Source: Planktothrix pseudagardhii (GTDB taxonomy: Bacteria > Cyanobacteriota > Cyanobacteriia > Cyanobacteriales > Microcoleaceae). From it: 64,000 nucleotides of DNA. The notes under the pieces are model-generated. The model saw only the letters and a list, made by a program, of their open reading frames with translations, ran no database searches and was not told the DNA's origin. Below are positions 9,050-17,684 of this stretch, in pieces. The translations under genes were made by a program, and so were the position numbers. Every line of letters begins with the position of its first letter. Within the stretch, counting starts at the first letter, position 1. The DNA is taken from positions 3,362,106 through 3,426,105 of the forward strand of contig NZ_LR882967.1 of NCBI RefSeq assembly GCF_904830925.1. The letters run 5' to 3'.

Positions 9050-10008
9050 TGATTATTATTATAGAAGAAACCCATCCCTTAAATTTTAGATCATTTGTTA
9101 AATTATTGAACCAACTGCACTTAAGTTTTGTGATTGCGCCTCATCCAGATAGTGCGATTTTTCATGCAGAATATACGAATCCAGACGTTATTCTGATTCC
9201 CTTTGACCCCAACCAAGCTAATCCCCAAGAAACCTATCACAAGTTGAAGCAAGCTAAAATCACTGAAAATGTTCCGGTGTTATGGATGAATAGTTATTCT
9301 GACTTGAATGTACAATATCTAACGTCCTTTACCTCAACCCTTGAGGCGAATAATCCCTTGACAGCCTCGAATTTTTCCTTTGGTGATTTACCGATTGATA
9401 CAACGATTAAAAGTCTCAAAAATCAAATTGAAATGCAGCAAAAATTATTAATTAAATTACAAGCTGAAAACCAACACCTGAAACGTCTAGCTTCTTTAGA
9501 TGATTTAACTCAAGTAGCCAATCGTCGTCAATTTTATAGCTACTTACAAGAACAATGGCAATCCTGCCAAGAAGACTATCTTTCCATGATCTTATGTGAT
9601 GTGGATTTTTTCAAACTTTATAATGATACTTACGGTCATTTAGCCGGGGATTATTGTTTACAACAAATAGCCCAGGCTATTGAAACGGCAGTTCGTAGAG
9701 TTAGGGAACCAGAACCCTATTTAGTCGCCCGTTATGGGGGAGAAGAATTTGCTGTAATTTTACCCTATTTAGATCAAGAAAATGCGCGTAAAGTTGCTGA
9801 AGAAATTCAACTGCAAATTCGATATTTAAAAATTCCCCATCGTTCCTCTCCCATCCGTTCTTATATTACCAGTAGTTTAGGGGTTGCCTGTTCTATTCCC
9901 GGAGAAGAATCCCATTTACAAGAGTTGATTAGTGCGGCAGACAAAGCCATGTATCACGCCAAGTCAGAAGGACGAGATCAAGTTAAAGTCGCTTCAGATA
10001 TTCTCTAA
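9049..10008 (+). CDS. GGDEF diguanylate cyclase with degenerate N-terminal receiver-like domain
   Basis: ATG at 9049 (the ORF track begins at an in-frame TTG at 9040). Receiver-like N-terminus (IIIEETHP...PDVILIPFDP), then a coiled coil, then GGDEF motifs NRRQFYSY and RYGGEEF. Confidence 0.75.
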   Translation: MIIIIEETHPLNFRSFVKLLNQLHLSFVIAPHPDSAIFHAEYTNPDVILIPFDPNQANPQETYHKLKQAKITENVPVLWMNSYSDLNVQYLTSFTSTLEANNPLTASNFSFGDLPIDTTIKSLKNQIEMQQKLLIKLQAENQHLKRLASLDDLTQVANRRQFYSYLQEQWQSCQEDYLSMILCDVDFFKLYNDTYGHLAGDYCLQQIAQAIETAVRRVREPEPYLVARYGGEEFAVILPYLDQENARKVAEEIQLQIRYLKIPHRSSPIRSYITSSLGVACSIPGEESHLQELISAADKAMYHAKSEGRDQVKVASDIL

Positions 10009-10383
10009 ATATTCAAAAATAGAATAAAAATATACCTTTAAATTGGTTAAAAATATATTTTTAATCGATTCTATTTTTGAATCTCATTTAGAGAATAATT
10101 TTTATTAAATCACCTAAAATTTTTATCGCTTGCTCCAGTTTCTATAACCTAGGTAAAATATAGAATCAAAGGGCTGCATTCAATAGACTCAAAAAAGCTA
10201 CGATAGGGCCTATCGGAAGTTGGTCGCCAGACCTAAACACTTTTGGGGAGATACAACCTCTATCTGGGTTGGTTGTCATACCTGCTTAGATAAGTTGAGT
10301 CCGTGAACCAAGAATCTCCGCCCTTTTAGGGTGAGGAAGTGTCAACCTACCTATGATATTATTGTGCAAAACTTTAAATCGCG

Positions 10384-10992
10384 ATGAATCGTTGTATTGT
10401 GATGTCTTCTGGGTTGAAAAAAGCACTTCTGACTCACCTATCCCGTAATCAGCGTTGGTTGTCAGTGGTGGCAACGGTGAGTTTATTTCCGTTGTTTGTC
10501 CCCGTTGCTCCGGCATCTGCTTTTCCGTCTTTTGTGCAAATTCGGCGACAAGACTATAGAAACTGTACTCAACAGTTAACTAACGCTGGTCTGTCCGTTG
10601 AATTGGCAACTCAAGGCTGTTCAATGGCAGCTAGGCCGAGAAATATGGGGTATTGTGTCACACAAATGCAAAAAAATGTTGCCGCCCTACCTGTAGAACA
10701 AATTTTATCAGGTTGTTTGCAAGTTCGGCGTCCCGATGAATTAGCCAATTGTGTGGTCAATATTAGCAGCAATACTAACTCATCCGACCCCTTGAATATT
10801 CTTGATAGTTGTCGTCGGAGTGTATTACCTGAAAAGTTGTCTTTTTGTGTTGTGGGCTTGATTCAAGCTAATACAAATTTAGGCGTTGATCAAGTTTTAA
10901 AAACTTGTTTAACTCCCCCTGAAAATGTTGTGGAGTTGCAAAAAGACAATTCCATTCAGTTAAAATTAGATACACCCTCTCAAAAACAATAA
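10384..10992 (+). CDS. Secreted hypothetical protein with four internal Cys-pair repeats
   Basis: N-terminal hydrophobic stretch (WLSVVATVSLFPLFVPVAPASA) looks like a signal peptide. A ~37-aa unit recurs four times: ATQGCSMAARPRNMGYCV, ILSGCLQVRRPDELANCV, ILDSCRRSVLPEKLSFCV, VLKTCLTPPE. Confidence 0.5.
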   Translation: MNRCIVMSSGLKKALLTHLSRNQRWLSVVATVSLFPLFVPVAPASAFPSFVQIRRQDYRNCTQQLTNAGLSVELATQGCSMAARPRNMGYCVTQMQKNVAALPVEQILSGCLQVRRPDELANCVVNISSNTNSSDPLNILDSCRRSVLPEKLSFCVVGLIQANTNLGVDQVLKTCLTPPENVVELQKDNSIQLKLDTPSQKQ

Positions 10993-11042
10993 ATTAACTG
11001 AATTTCAAGTGTCTTTATTTTGGGTTTCTTCGGGTGAGAACG

Positions 11043-11061
11043 GGGCGGGAAAAACCCGCCC
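11043..11061. terminator. GC-rich stem-loop (GGGCGGG-AAAAA-CCCGCCC) between convergent genes
   Basis: Perfect 7-bp stem with a 5-nt loop, lying between the 3' ends of the 10384-10992 (+) and 11072-17539 (-) genes. The flanking U-tracts are poor. Confidence 0.4.
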
Positions 11062-11071
11062 AAAAGTCTAA

Positions 11072-14000
11072 CTAAAACAGAATAATATCATCGGAATTCA
11101 AGGATGTTACGCCTGTAATTCCCTCTAATTTAGCTAGAATTCGAGAATCATTTCCTGATGTGTTATTCCCATTGCCATCATAGATTAAGTAAGTATCCTT
11201 ACCATTATCAAAGGCAAATAGACTAGGGTTATTTGTAGGCAAGACATCGGTTGAAAGATTCGTTTGTACACTGAGGAGAATATTAGCTGCATCTGCAATT
11301 AAACTGGTTGATACGCTAATTTGATCACCCCCCACTTGACCCAAACCTTCAAAATTGTTAATGGAATCATAGAAACCACTGCCAATTTGAGTCGTAATTG
11401 CAGTTCCCACCGCATTAAAAGCAGTACCGCCTCCATCCAGTGCATCGCTATAAATAAACAGGTCTGTTTCCCCTAAGTTACCAATGAGGCTATCTCGTCC
11501 TAAACCCCCAAACAGGTTATCTTGTCCCGCGCCTCCATCGAGAAGGTCGTTTCCACTTCCCCCCGATAAACTATCATTACCATCATTTCCCCGCAGGCTG
11601 TCATTCCCCTCTAAACCGACGAGGGTATCATTTCCCCCCAAACCATTAAGGTTATCGCCAAAATTTCCTCCCGTTACTAAGTTCGGAGTTTCATCGGCTA
11701 AGGGTAATAATTCAATATTAATCTGACCTGTCGCCGTCCCCCCTTGACCATCACTAATCGTGTAGTTGAAACTATCCACCCCGGTATTACTTCCCAAACG
11801 AGTATACTGAACTGATGATCCCGATTGAGTCACTAACCCTTGGGCGGTGGGAGGATTATCCACAGAAGTCAACGTCAGGACATCTCCATCGGGGTCACTA
11901 TCGTTATCTAACGGAGAAATCGGGAATTGGATGCTATTATTGGTAAAAATTGGGCCATCAGTAACAGCAACAGGTAAATCATTAACCGCCGTAATATTAA
12001 TCGTAACCGTTTGACTGACCGCAGGATTTTCACCGTCACTCACGGTATATAAAAATACCCCGGCTGAACCATTAACATTAGCTTTTGGTACAAATTCTAA
12101 CTGACTAATTTCAGCACTCGTTAAGGTTTGACCAATAATAATAGAGTTAGTTTGACCCGTAATACGGACGATTCCTTTAGTGCTATCAGGAATACTATTA
12201 ACAGTAATAATTAACGGGTCATTATTGGGATCAACTGGGGATGAAATTCCCAAATTCTGAGTTATATCTTCAGTAATATTAACGGTCGTATTCCCTTGAA
12301 CTACTGGAGGAAGATTTAAGCCAGCAATTCCAGCAAAGTCATTAACATTAAGGGTTGTCACACCATTAACGTTGTCTAATTTTGCCAAAATTCGAGAATC
12401 ATTACCCGTTGTATTATCACCATTACCATCATAAATGAGGTAAGTGCTACTGCCATCATCAAAAGCAAATAGACCCGGATTTGTACCCGGAATCACATCT
12501 GCGGTAATATTGGTTTGTACCGTTGTGGCAATATTGGCAAAGGATTGAATCACCGTTGTGGCAAAATTAATCTGATCTCCGACCGCAGCCCCTAAGCCTT
12601 CAAAATCGGTGATAGTATCATATAAAGCACTTCCAATTTGAGCTTTAATCTCTGTATTAGAACTTGCATTAAAACCCGACCCACCGCCATCATTAGCAGT
12701 TTCATAACGAAATTGGTCGCTTCCCTCATTTCCAGTCATCGTATCCGGGGTTAAACCGCCATTCAGGGTATCCTCTCCAATTCCTCCCTGTAACAGATCT
12801 GTTCCGCTTCCCCCTGATAAACTATCATTACCATCATTTCCCCGCAGGGTGTCATTCCCCCCCAAACCGCTTAGGGTGTCATTTCCCCCCAAACCATTGA
12901 GGTTATCGCTAAAATTTCCTCCCGTTACTAAGTTCGGAGTTTCATCGGCTAAGGGTAACAATTCAATATTAATCTGACCTGTCGCCGTCCCCCCTTGACC
13001 ATCACTAATCGTGTAGTTGAAACTATCCACCCCGGTATTACTTCCCAAACGAGTATACTGAACTGATGATCCCGATTGAGTCACTAACCCTTGGGCGGTG
13101 GGAGGATTATCCACAGAAGTTAACGTTAGAGCATCTCCATCGGGGTCAGTGTCATTGGCTAAGGGAGAAATCGGGAATTGGATGCTATTGTTAGTAAAAA
13201 TTGGGCCATCGGTAACAGCAACAGGAGGCTGATTTAAAGCAATCACCGTAATGGTACTTGCCGCTGTATTACTATTGCTCGTTCCATCATTCACCTGAAC
13301 CTGTACTAGGCGGGTGGTGGTATTGGGAGGATTAGCTGTATTGTTATAAACAACTTGTCCAATGGCGGTTTGATAAGCCGCTAGTGAGGCATTCCCCGTT
13401 AAGGTTAAAATTCCGGTGGTGCTGTTATAACTACTGGCGGTAATCCCCGAAGGTAACGAACCATTAGCTGATAAACTTTCCCCACCGCCATTGAGTGGAT
13501 TTGTTACAGTAATTGTGGCGGACTGGATGGTGGTATTGTCTGCATCCGTAATTACAATACTACTCCCACTCGCGATCGCAACAGCAGGTTGTCCTTGTTG
13601 AAAGGCTACTTGGGTATTATTTCCCGCTTGGCTACCATTTAAGTCTAGGGTTGGGGGTTGATTGGGATTAACAGTAATGTTAACCGTCGCGCTACTGGTT
13701 CCACCCTGACCATCACTAATGGTATACAAGAAACTAGCCGGCCCTGTATAGTTATTGACTGGGGTAAACAGAACATTTCCATTACTGAGGGTAACCGTCC
13801 CATTTGTGGGATTACTAACTTGTGTAATGGTTAACGGATCATTATTCGGATCGGTATCATTTGCTAAGAGAGTGGAAGAGGATATTGTTAAGAGTTGATT
13901 TTGCGTTCCCACCACACTATCATTCACCGCATTCGGTGGCTGATTCGGCTGATTAATATTAATATTAACCGTCGCGCTACTGGTTCCGCCCTGACCATCA

Positions 14001-17000
14001 CTAATGGTATACAAGAAACTAGCCGGCCCTGTATAGTTATTGACTGGGGTAAACAGAACATTTCCATTACTGAGGGTAACAGTTCCATTTGTGGGATTAC
14101 TAACTTGAGTAATCGTTAACGGATCATTATTCGGATCGGTATCATTTGCTAAGAGAGTGGAAGAGGATATTGTTAAGAGTTGATTTTGCGTCCCCACCAC
14201 ACTATCATTCACCGCATTCGGTGGCTGATTCGGCTGATTAATATTAATATTAACCGTCGCGCTACTGGTTCCGCCCTGACCATCACTAATGGTATACAAG
14301 AAACTAGCCGGCCCTGTATAGTTATTGACTGGGGTAAACAGAACATTTCCATTACTGAGGGTAACAGTTCCATTTGTGGGATTACTAACTTGAGTAATCG
14401 TTAACGGATCATTATTCGGATCGGTATCATTTGCTAAGAGAGTGGAAGAGGATATTGTTAAGAGTTGATTTTGCGTCCCCACCACACTATCATTCACCGC
14501 ATTCGGTGGCTGATTCGGCTGATTAATATTAATCGTACTAGAAGCTGTTTGGGGGCCACCACTACCTGTATTTCCGTTATCCGTTGTCACAATTTGGAGA
14601 GTTGCCGAGGTATTCAAGGATGCAGGAGGTGCGAACGTTAAACCATTAAGAGCCGTATTAATATTTTCCAGACGACCTACTAAGGTTACTGTTGTTGTTC
14701 CATCGCCAGAAATTTCCACATTAGCCGGTGTTGCACCCAAGGTTAAAGTTCCCGTACTAGCTGTTAAGGTAACTTGAATCGGGTTTCCATCAGCATCCGG
14801 GTCACTAATCAAAATTTGATTATTATTAGCTTGACTAAATACAATCGGTTGACTACCATTTGTTAATTGTGTTCCTGGAACCGTATTAACGGGAGGATTA
14901 TTAACCGCATCAATAGTAACTGTGCTAATTGCAATATTACTATCATTTTCATGATCCGTAACGACTACATCAATGATTCGATTTTCAGGATCAGGATTTT
15001 GGGAAGTATTACTATAAACAACTTGAGACAGTGCAATTTCATAGCTAGAAATGGGTGCTGTTCCGGTTAGGAGAATAATTCCTGTTGTCGGATCATAAGC
15101 TCCTGCTGTAATCCCTGAAGGTAAGGCTCCTTGTATTGACAAACCTTCTACGTCACCATTGGGACTATTAATTAAAGTAATCGTTGCTGAAGTCAAATCT
15201 GAATCATCTGCATCAAGAATACTCACACTTCCAGTAATTGCGACCGGAGTTGTCCCTTCCACAAAAACAGTGCTGTAATTATTGCCCGGTTGGGAACTAT
15301 TAAGATCTAAAATTGGAGGCTCATTAATAGATATAACTTCAACGGTAATAGTAGCCGTTCCCGTTGCTCCATTATCATCTCGGATTTGATAATCAAATGT
15401 ATCTAAACCAGAAAAATTTTTATCAGGAGTATAAGTAATCATTCTACTATCCCGATTTAAAACTGCTGTCCCATTAGACGGTTGAGTAACTTCTGTCACC
15501 GTCAGCAGTCCAACCCCTGTGTCATTACTGGTGATTGTATTAGAGGGAATCTCCAATAAACTATTTTGTAAACCCGATACCGTATCATTTTCAGCCTGCA
15601 AAACGGCTGGAGTTGGGGGTTCAACCGGAGGAGGTGTGGGTTGAGAGGGAGTTGGTATGGGTGGAGTGGTTGGGGTCGTGGTCGGTGGAGTGGTTGGGGT
15701 TGGGGTCGGTGGGGTTGTTGGGGTTGGGGTCGGTGGGGTTGTTGGGGTTGGGGTCGGTGGGGTTGTTGGGGTTGGGGTCGGTGAGGTTGTTGGGGTTGGG
15801 GTCGGTGGGGTTGTTGGGGTTGGGGTCGGTGAGGTTGTTGGGGTTGGGGTCGGTGGGGTTGTTGGGGTTGGGGTTGGGGGAGTTGTGGGAGGAAGAGGGA
15901 CAGTGGGGTCAAGAACAAAGTTAGATTCGCTTAAGGTAGTCGCATTAACCCCTTGTAAAACCGCTAAAAATTCACCCGTATTTTTATCTTTGATAATTGT
16001 ATTACTGGCATTGGAGGCTTGACCTTGGGAAATTTCGAGATCTTGGAATGTTAATCCTCCCGATAACCCAAGCTGATCAGTTGTGGTAAAATCTGTAATA
16101 ATATCTGCTAATTCAATACTGGTTCCGCCTGTAGTTCCTGTAATAAAGCTGCCCCCATTGGGAGCTTGAGTAATAACATAACCCAAAACAAAAATATCAT
16201 CTCCCGCACCTCCAGTCAGGGTGTCTACTCCGGCTCCCCCTGCTAATAAATCATTCCCCCCATCACCGGAGAGGAAATCTCGACCTTTACCGCCATTGAG
16301 AATATCTTCCCCCGCACCTCCATATAAACTATCCGCTCCATTATCTCCATTGAGAACATCATCTCCGGCATTTCCAAACAGTTGATCGTTATCATCACCG
16401 CCAGAGACAGTATCATTTCCTAAATCTCCGTAGAGGATATCCGCCCCTTGACCTCCGACTAAACTATCGTCATCTCCGCCACCAAAGAGTTGATCATCTC
16501 CCGCACCGCCACTCAAGAAATCCTGACCAGAATTTCCTGATAAAATATCGTCTCCATCTCCTCCGTTAACGCTATCATTACCCACTTCACCCGATAGCGT
16601 ATCATTACCTTTATCCCCATAGAGGAGGTCATCTTCGCCTCCCCCTCGGATACTATCATTGCCTTGGCCACCATATAAACTATCTGCCTCGGTTCCGCCA
16701 TTCAAGGTATCATTATCTCGATCACCGAAAGCCAGATCACTCCCGGCATCACCGAAGATCAAATCATCCCCTTGACCTCCACGCAAACAGTCATCATCAG
16801 CGCCTCCGACAATGGCATCATTTCCTTCATTACCATTAATTTGATCTTGTCCTGCATCTCCTTGTAGAAGGTCATTTCCTCCTAAACCAAAGATACTGTC
16901 ATTTCCGTCTAAGCCAGAAATCGTATCATTTTGATTACTTCCCAGAATCGTATCATCACCTTCTGTACCTGTGCCCGCACCTTGAATCCGAATGGGTTGG

Positions 17001-17539
17001 GACTCGCTGGGGCTAGGACTAGGGGTGGCTGTGGGACTGGGTGTGGCTGTGGGACTGGGTGTGGCTGTGGGACTGGGTGTGGCTATGGGACTGGGTGTGG
17101 CTGTAGGGCTAGGAGTTGCAGTTGGACTGGGAGTTGCTGTAGGGCTAGGGGTTGCAGGGGTATATCCATCGGGAACAAAAATTGTACTTCCGGCTGGCCC
17201 TGCTTGAATCTCTCCTGTTGTTTGACCCTCTAAAGTTTGATATTGACCATCTGCTGTTTTGGCTAAATAAACAGGTGTATTCGTTTCAATTGATATCGCT
17301 TCTAAAATCGGTTCATCCGGTACAAAAAGCACTCCCCCAGCAGCCCCAGGTAAAGTTGTTCCGATGCCACTAGAAAGGGGGACTAAATTTTGAATATTTC
17401 CAGGGAATGTTTCAAATTTACCCGAAAATTCTGTGGTCGGAAAAATTAAGATTCCATTTCCTGTATTGTACAAACCATTACTCGGAGAAATTCTTAAGGC
17501 TAAAGTAGCAGGAGTTGTATTGATAGCAGAACTTGTCAT
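11072..17539 (-). CDS. Giant secreted RTX/cadherin-like repeat protein (2155 aa)
   Basis: Many GGxGxDxxx nonapeptides (GGAGDDQLFGGGDDDSLVGGQGADIL...). Pro-Thr linkers ([15 protein letters not shown]...; PSPTATPSPTAT...). Tandem ~95-aa Ig/cadherin-like modules (three near-identical copies of NQPPNAVNDSVVGTQNQLLTISSSTLLANDTDPNNDPLTITQV...). No N-terminal Sec signal. Confidence 0.85.
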   Translation of the reverse strand: MTSSAINTTPATLALRISPSNGLYNTGNGILIFPTTEFSGKFETFPGNIQNLVPLSSGIGTTLPGAAGGVLFVPDEPILEAISIETNTPVYLAKTADGQYQTLEGQTTGEIQAGPAGSTIFVPDGYTPATPSPTATPSPTATPSPTATPSPIATPSPTATPSPTATPSPTATPSPSPSESQPIRIQGAGTGTEGDDTILGSNQNDTISGLDGNDSIFGLGGNDLLQGDAGQDQINGNEGNDAIVGGADDDCLRGGQGDDLIFGDAGSDLAFGDRDNDTLNGGTEADSLYGGQGNDSIRGGGEDDLLYGDKGNDTLSGEVGNDSVNGGDGDDILSGNSGQDFLSGGAGDDQLFGGGDDDSLVGGQGADILYGDLGNDTVSGGDDNDQLFGNAGDDVLNGDNGADSLYGGAGEDILNGGKGRDFLSGDGGNDLLAGGAGVDTLTGGAGDDIFVLGYVITQAPNGGSFITGTTGGTSIELADIITDFTTTDQLGLSGGLTFQDLEISQGQASNASNTIIKDKNTGEFLAVLQGVNATTLSESNFVLDPTVPLPPTTPPTPTPTTPPTPTPTTSPTPTPTTPPTPTPTTSPTPTPTTPPTPTPTTPPTPTPTTPPTPTPTTPPTTTPTTPPIPTPSQPTPPPVEPPTPAVLQAENDTVSGLQNSLLEIPSNTITSNDTGVGLLTVTEVTQPSNGTAVLNRDSRMITYTPDKNFSGLDTFDYQIRDDNGATGTATITVEVISINEPPILDLNSSQPGNNYSTVFVEGTTPVAITGSVSILDADDSDLTSATITLINSPNGDVEGLSIQGALPSGITAGAYDPTTGIILLTGTAPISSYEIALSQVVYSNTSQNPDPENRIIDVVVTDHENDSNIAISTVTIDAVNNPPVNTVPGTQLTNGSQPIVFSQANNNQILISDPDADGNPIQVTLTASTGTLTLGATPANVEISGDGTTTVTLVGRLENINTALNGLTFAPPASLNTSATLQIVTTDNGNTGSGGPQTASSTININQPNQPPNAVNDSVVGTQNQLLTISSSTLLANDTDPNNDPLTITQVSNPTNGTVTLSNGNVLFTPVNNYTGPASFLYTISDGQGGTSSATVNININQPNQPPNAVNDSVVGTQNQLLTISSSTLLANDTDPNNDPLTITQVSNPTNGTVTLSNGNVLFTPVNNYTGPASFLYTISDGQGGTSSATVNININQPNQPPNAVNDSVVGTQNQLLTISSSTLLANDTDPNNDPLTITQVSNPTNGTVTLSNGNVLFTPVNNYTGPASFLYTISDGQGGTSSATVNITVNPNQPPTLDLNGSQAGNNTQVAFQQGQPAVAIASGSSIVITDADNTTIQSATITVTNPLNGGGESLSANGSLPSGITASSYNSTTGILTLTGNASLAAYQTAIGQVVYNNTANPPNTTTRLVQVQVNDGTSNSNTAASTITVIALNQPPVAVTDGPIFTNNSIQFPISPLANDTDPDGDALTLTSVDNPPTAQGLVTQSGSSVQYTRLGSNTGVDSFNYTISDGQGGTATGQINIELLPLADETPNLVTGGNFSDNLNGLGGNDTLSGLGGNDTLRGNDGNDSLSGGSGTDLLQGGIGEDTLNGGLTPDTMTGNEGSDQFRYETANDGGGSGFNASSNTEIKAQIGSALYDTITDFEGLGAAVGDQINFATTVIQSFANIATTVQTNITADVIPGTNPGLFAFDDGSSTYLIYDGNGDNTTGNDSRILAKLDNVNGVTTLNVNDFAGIAGLNLPPVVQGNTTVNITEDITQNLGISSPVDPNNDPLIITVNSIPDSTKGIVRITGQTNSIIIGQTLTSAEISQLEFVPKANVNGSAGVFLYTVSDGENPAVSQTVTINITAVNDLPVAVTDGPIFTNNSIQFPISPLDNDSDPDGDVLTLTSVDNPPTAQGLVTQSGSSVQYTRLGSNTGVDSFNYTISDGQGGTATGQINIELLPLADETPNLVTGGNFGDNLNGLGGNDTLVGLEGNDSLRGNDGNDSLSGGSGNDLLDGGAGQDNLFGGLGRDSLIGNLGETDLFIYSDALDGGGTAFNAVGTAITTQIGSGFYDSINNFEGLGQVGGDQISVSTSLIADAANILLSVQTNLSTDVLPTNNPSLFAFDNGKDTYLIYDGNGNNTSGNDSRILAKLEGITGVTSLNSDDIILF
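11560..13260. repeat. Dispersed ~0.45-kb near-identical duplication inside the same gene (11560-12000 vs 12820-13260)
   Basis: Both copies encode LNQPPVAVTDGPIFTNNSIQFPISPL(A/D)NDTDPDGD(A/V)LTLTSVDNPPTAQGLVTQSGSSVQYTRLGSNTGVDSFNYTISDGQGGTATGQINIELLPLADETPNLVTGGNF followed by RTX repeats. Confidence 0.8.
13681..14535. repeat. Three tandem 285-bp repeats inside the giant RTX gene (copies 2 and 3 identical, copy 1 near-identical)
   Basis: Unit starts at 13681, 13966 and 14251, each beginning TAACCGTCGCGCTACTGG. The identical antisense ORFs 13895-14119 and 14180-14404 in the ORF track are a by-product of the repeat. Confidence 0.9.
15640..15900. repeat. 24-bp tandem repeats encoding the Pro-Thr linker (PTPTPTTP)n
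   Basis: Repeating GGTTGGGGTCGGTGGGGTTGTTGG units. Similar coding repeats occur at 16990-17150, 19630-19810 and 21040-21140. Confidence 0.8.
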
Positions 17540-17545
17540 AAGATT

Positions 17546-17585
17546 AAGTAATTAGTAATCAGTAATTAGTAATCAGTAATTAGTC
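17546..17585. repeat. Heptamer tandem repeat (AGTAATT/AGTAATC)n in the intergenic region between the two RTX genes
   Basis: agtaattagtaatcagtaattagtaatcagtaattagt. STRR-like. Confidence 0.85.
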
Positions 17586-17684
17586 GTAGGGACAGGTTCA
17601 TCCAGATGAGTGATTATTCACAAAGATCTAAGAGAACCTGCCCTTACCAGCTATTTGTACCAATAGTTAATCGTCAACTGTCAA

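Noticed and set aside
10009-10383. Possible structured ncRNA or riboswitch in the 375-bp AT-rich intergenic region upstream of the Cys-repeat gene.
   Set aside because: No recognisable riboswitch consensus or convincing conserved stem architecture could be identified by eye. Covariance-model scanning (Infernal/Rfam) would be needed.
10286-10516. 76-aa minus-strand ORF overlapping the start of the Cys-repeat protein gene.
   Set aside because: It overlaps a better-supported plus-strand gene and its signal peptide, and has no motif or RBS.
13895-14404. Two identical 74-aa plus-strand ORFs (13895-14119, 14180-14404), plus other plus-strand ORFs across 11.4-17.4 kb.
   Set aside because: They lie antisense within the giant minus-strand RTX gene. 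Their identity merely reflects the 285-bp tandem repeat, and they are not independent genes.
13681-14535. Regularly spaced identical repeats considered as a possible CRISPR array. The heptamer arrays were considered too.
   Set aside because: The units are 285 bp, contiguous and protein-coding. The heptamers are 7-bp microsatellites without spacers. No cas genes are present.
15502-16022. Low-complexity ORFs encoding PQPQQPH / GVVGVGV repeats on both strands. Similar ORFs occur at 16931-17233, 19609-19911 and 20889-21197.
   Set aside because: They are alternative-frame readings of the Pro-Thr linker coding repeats of the RTX genes.
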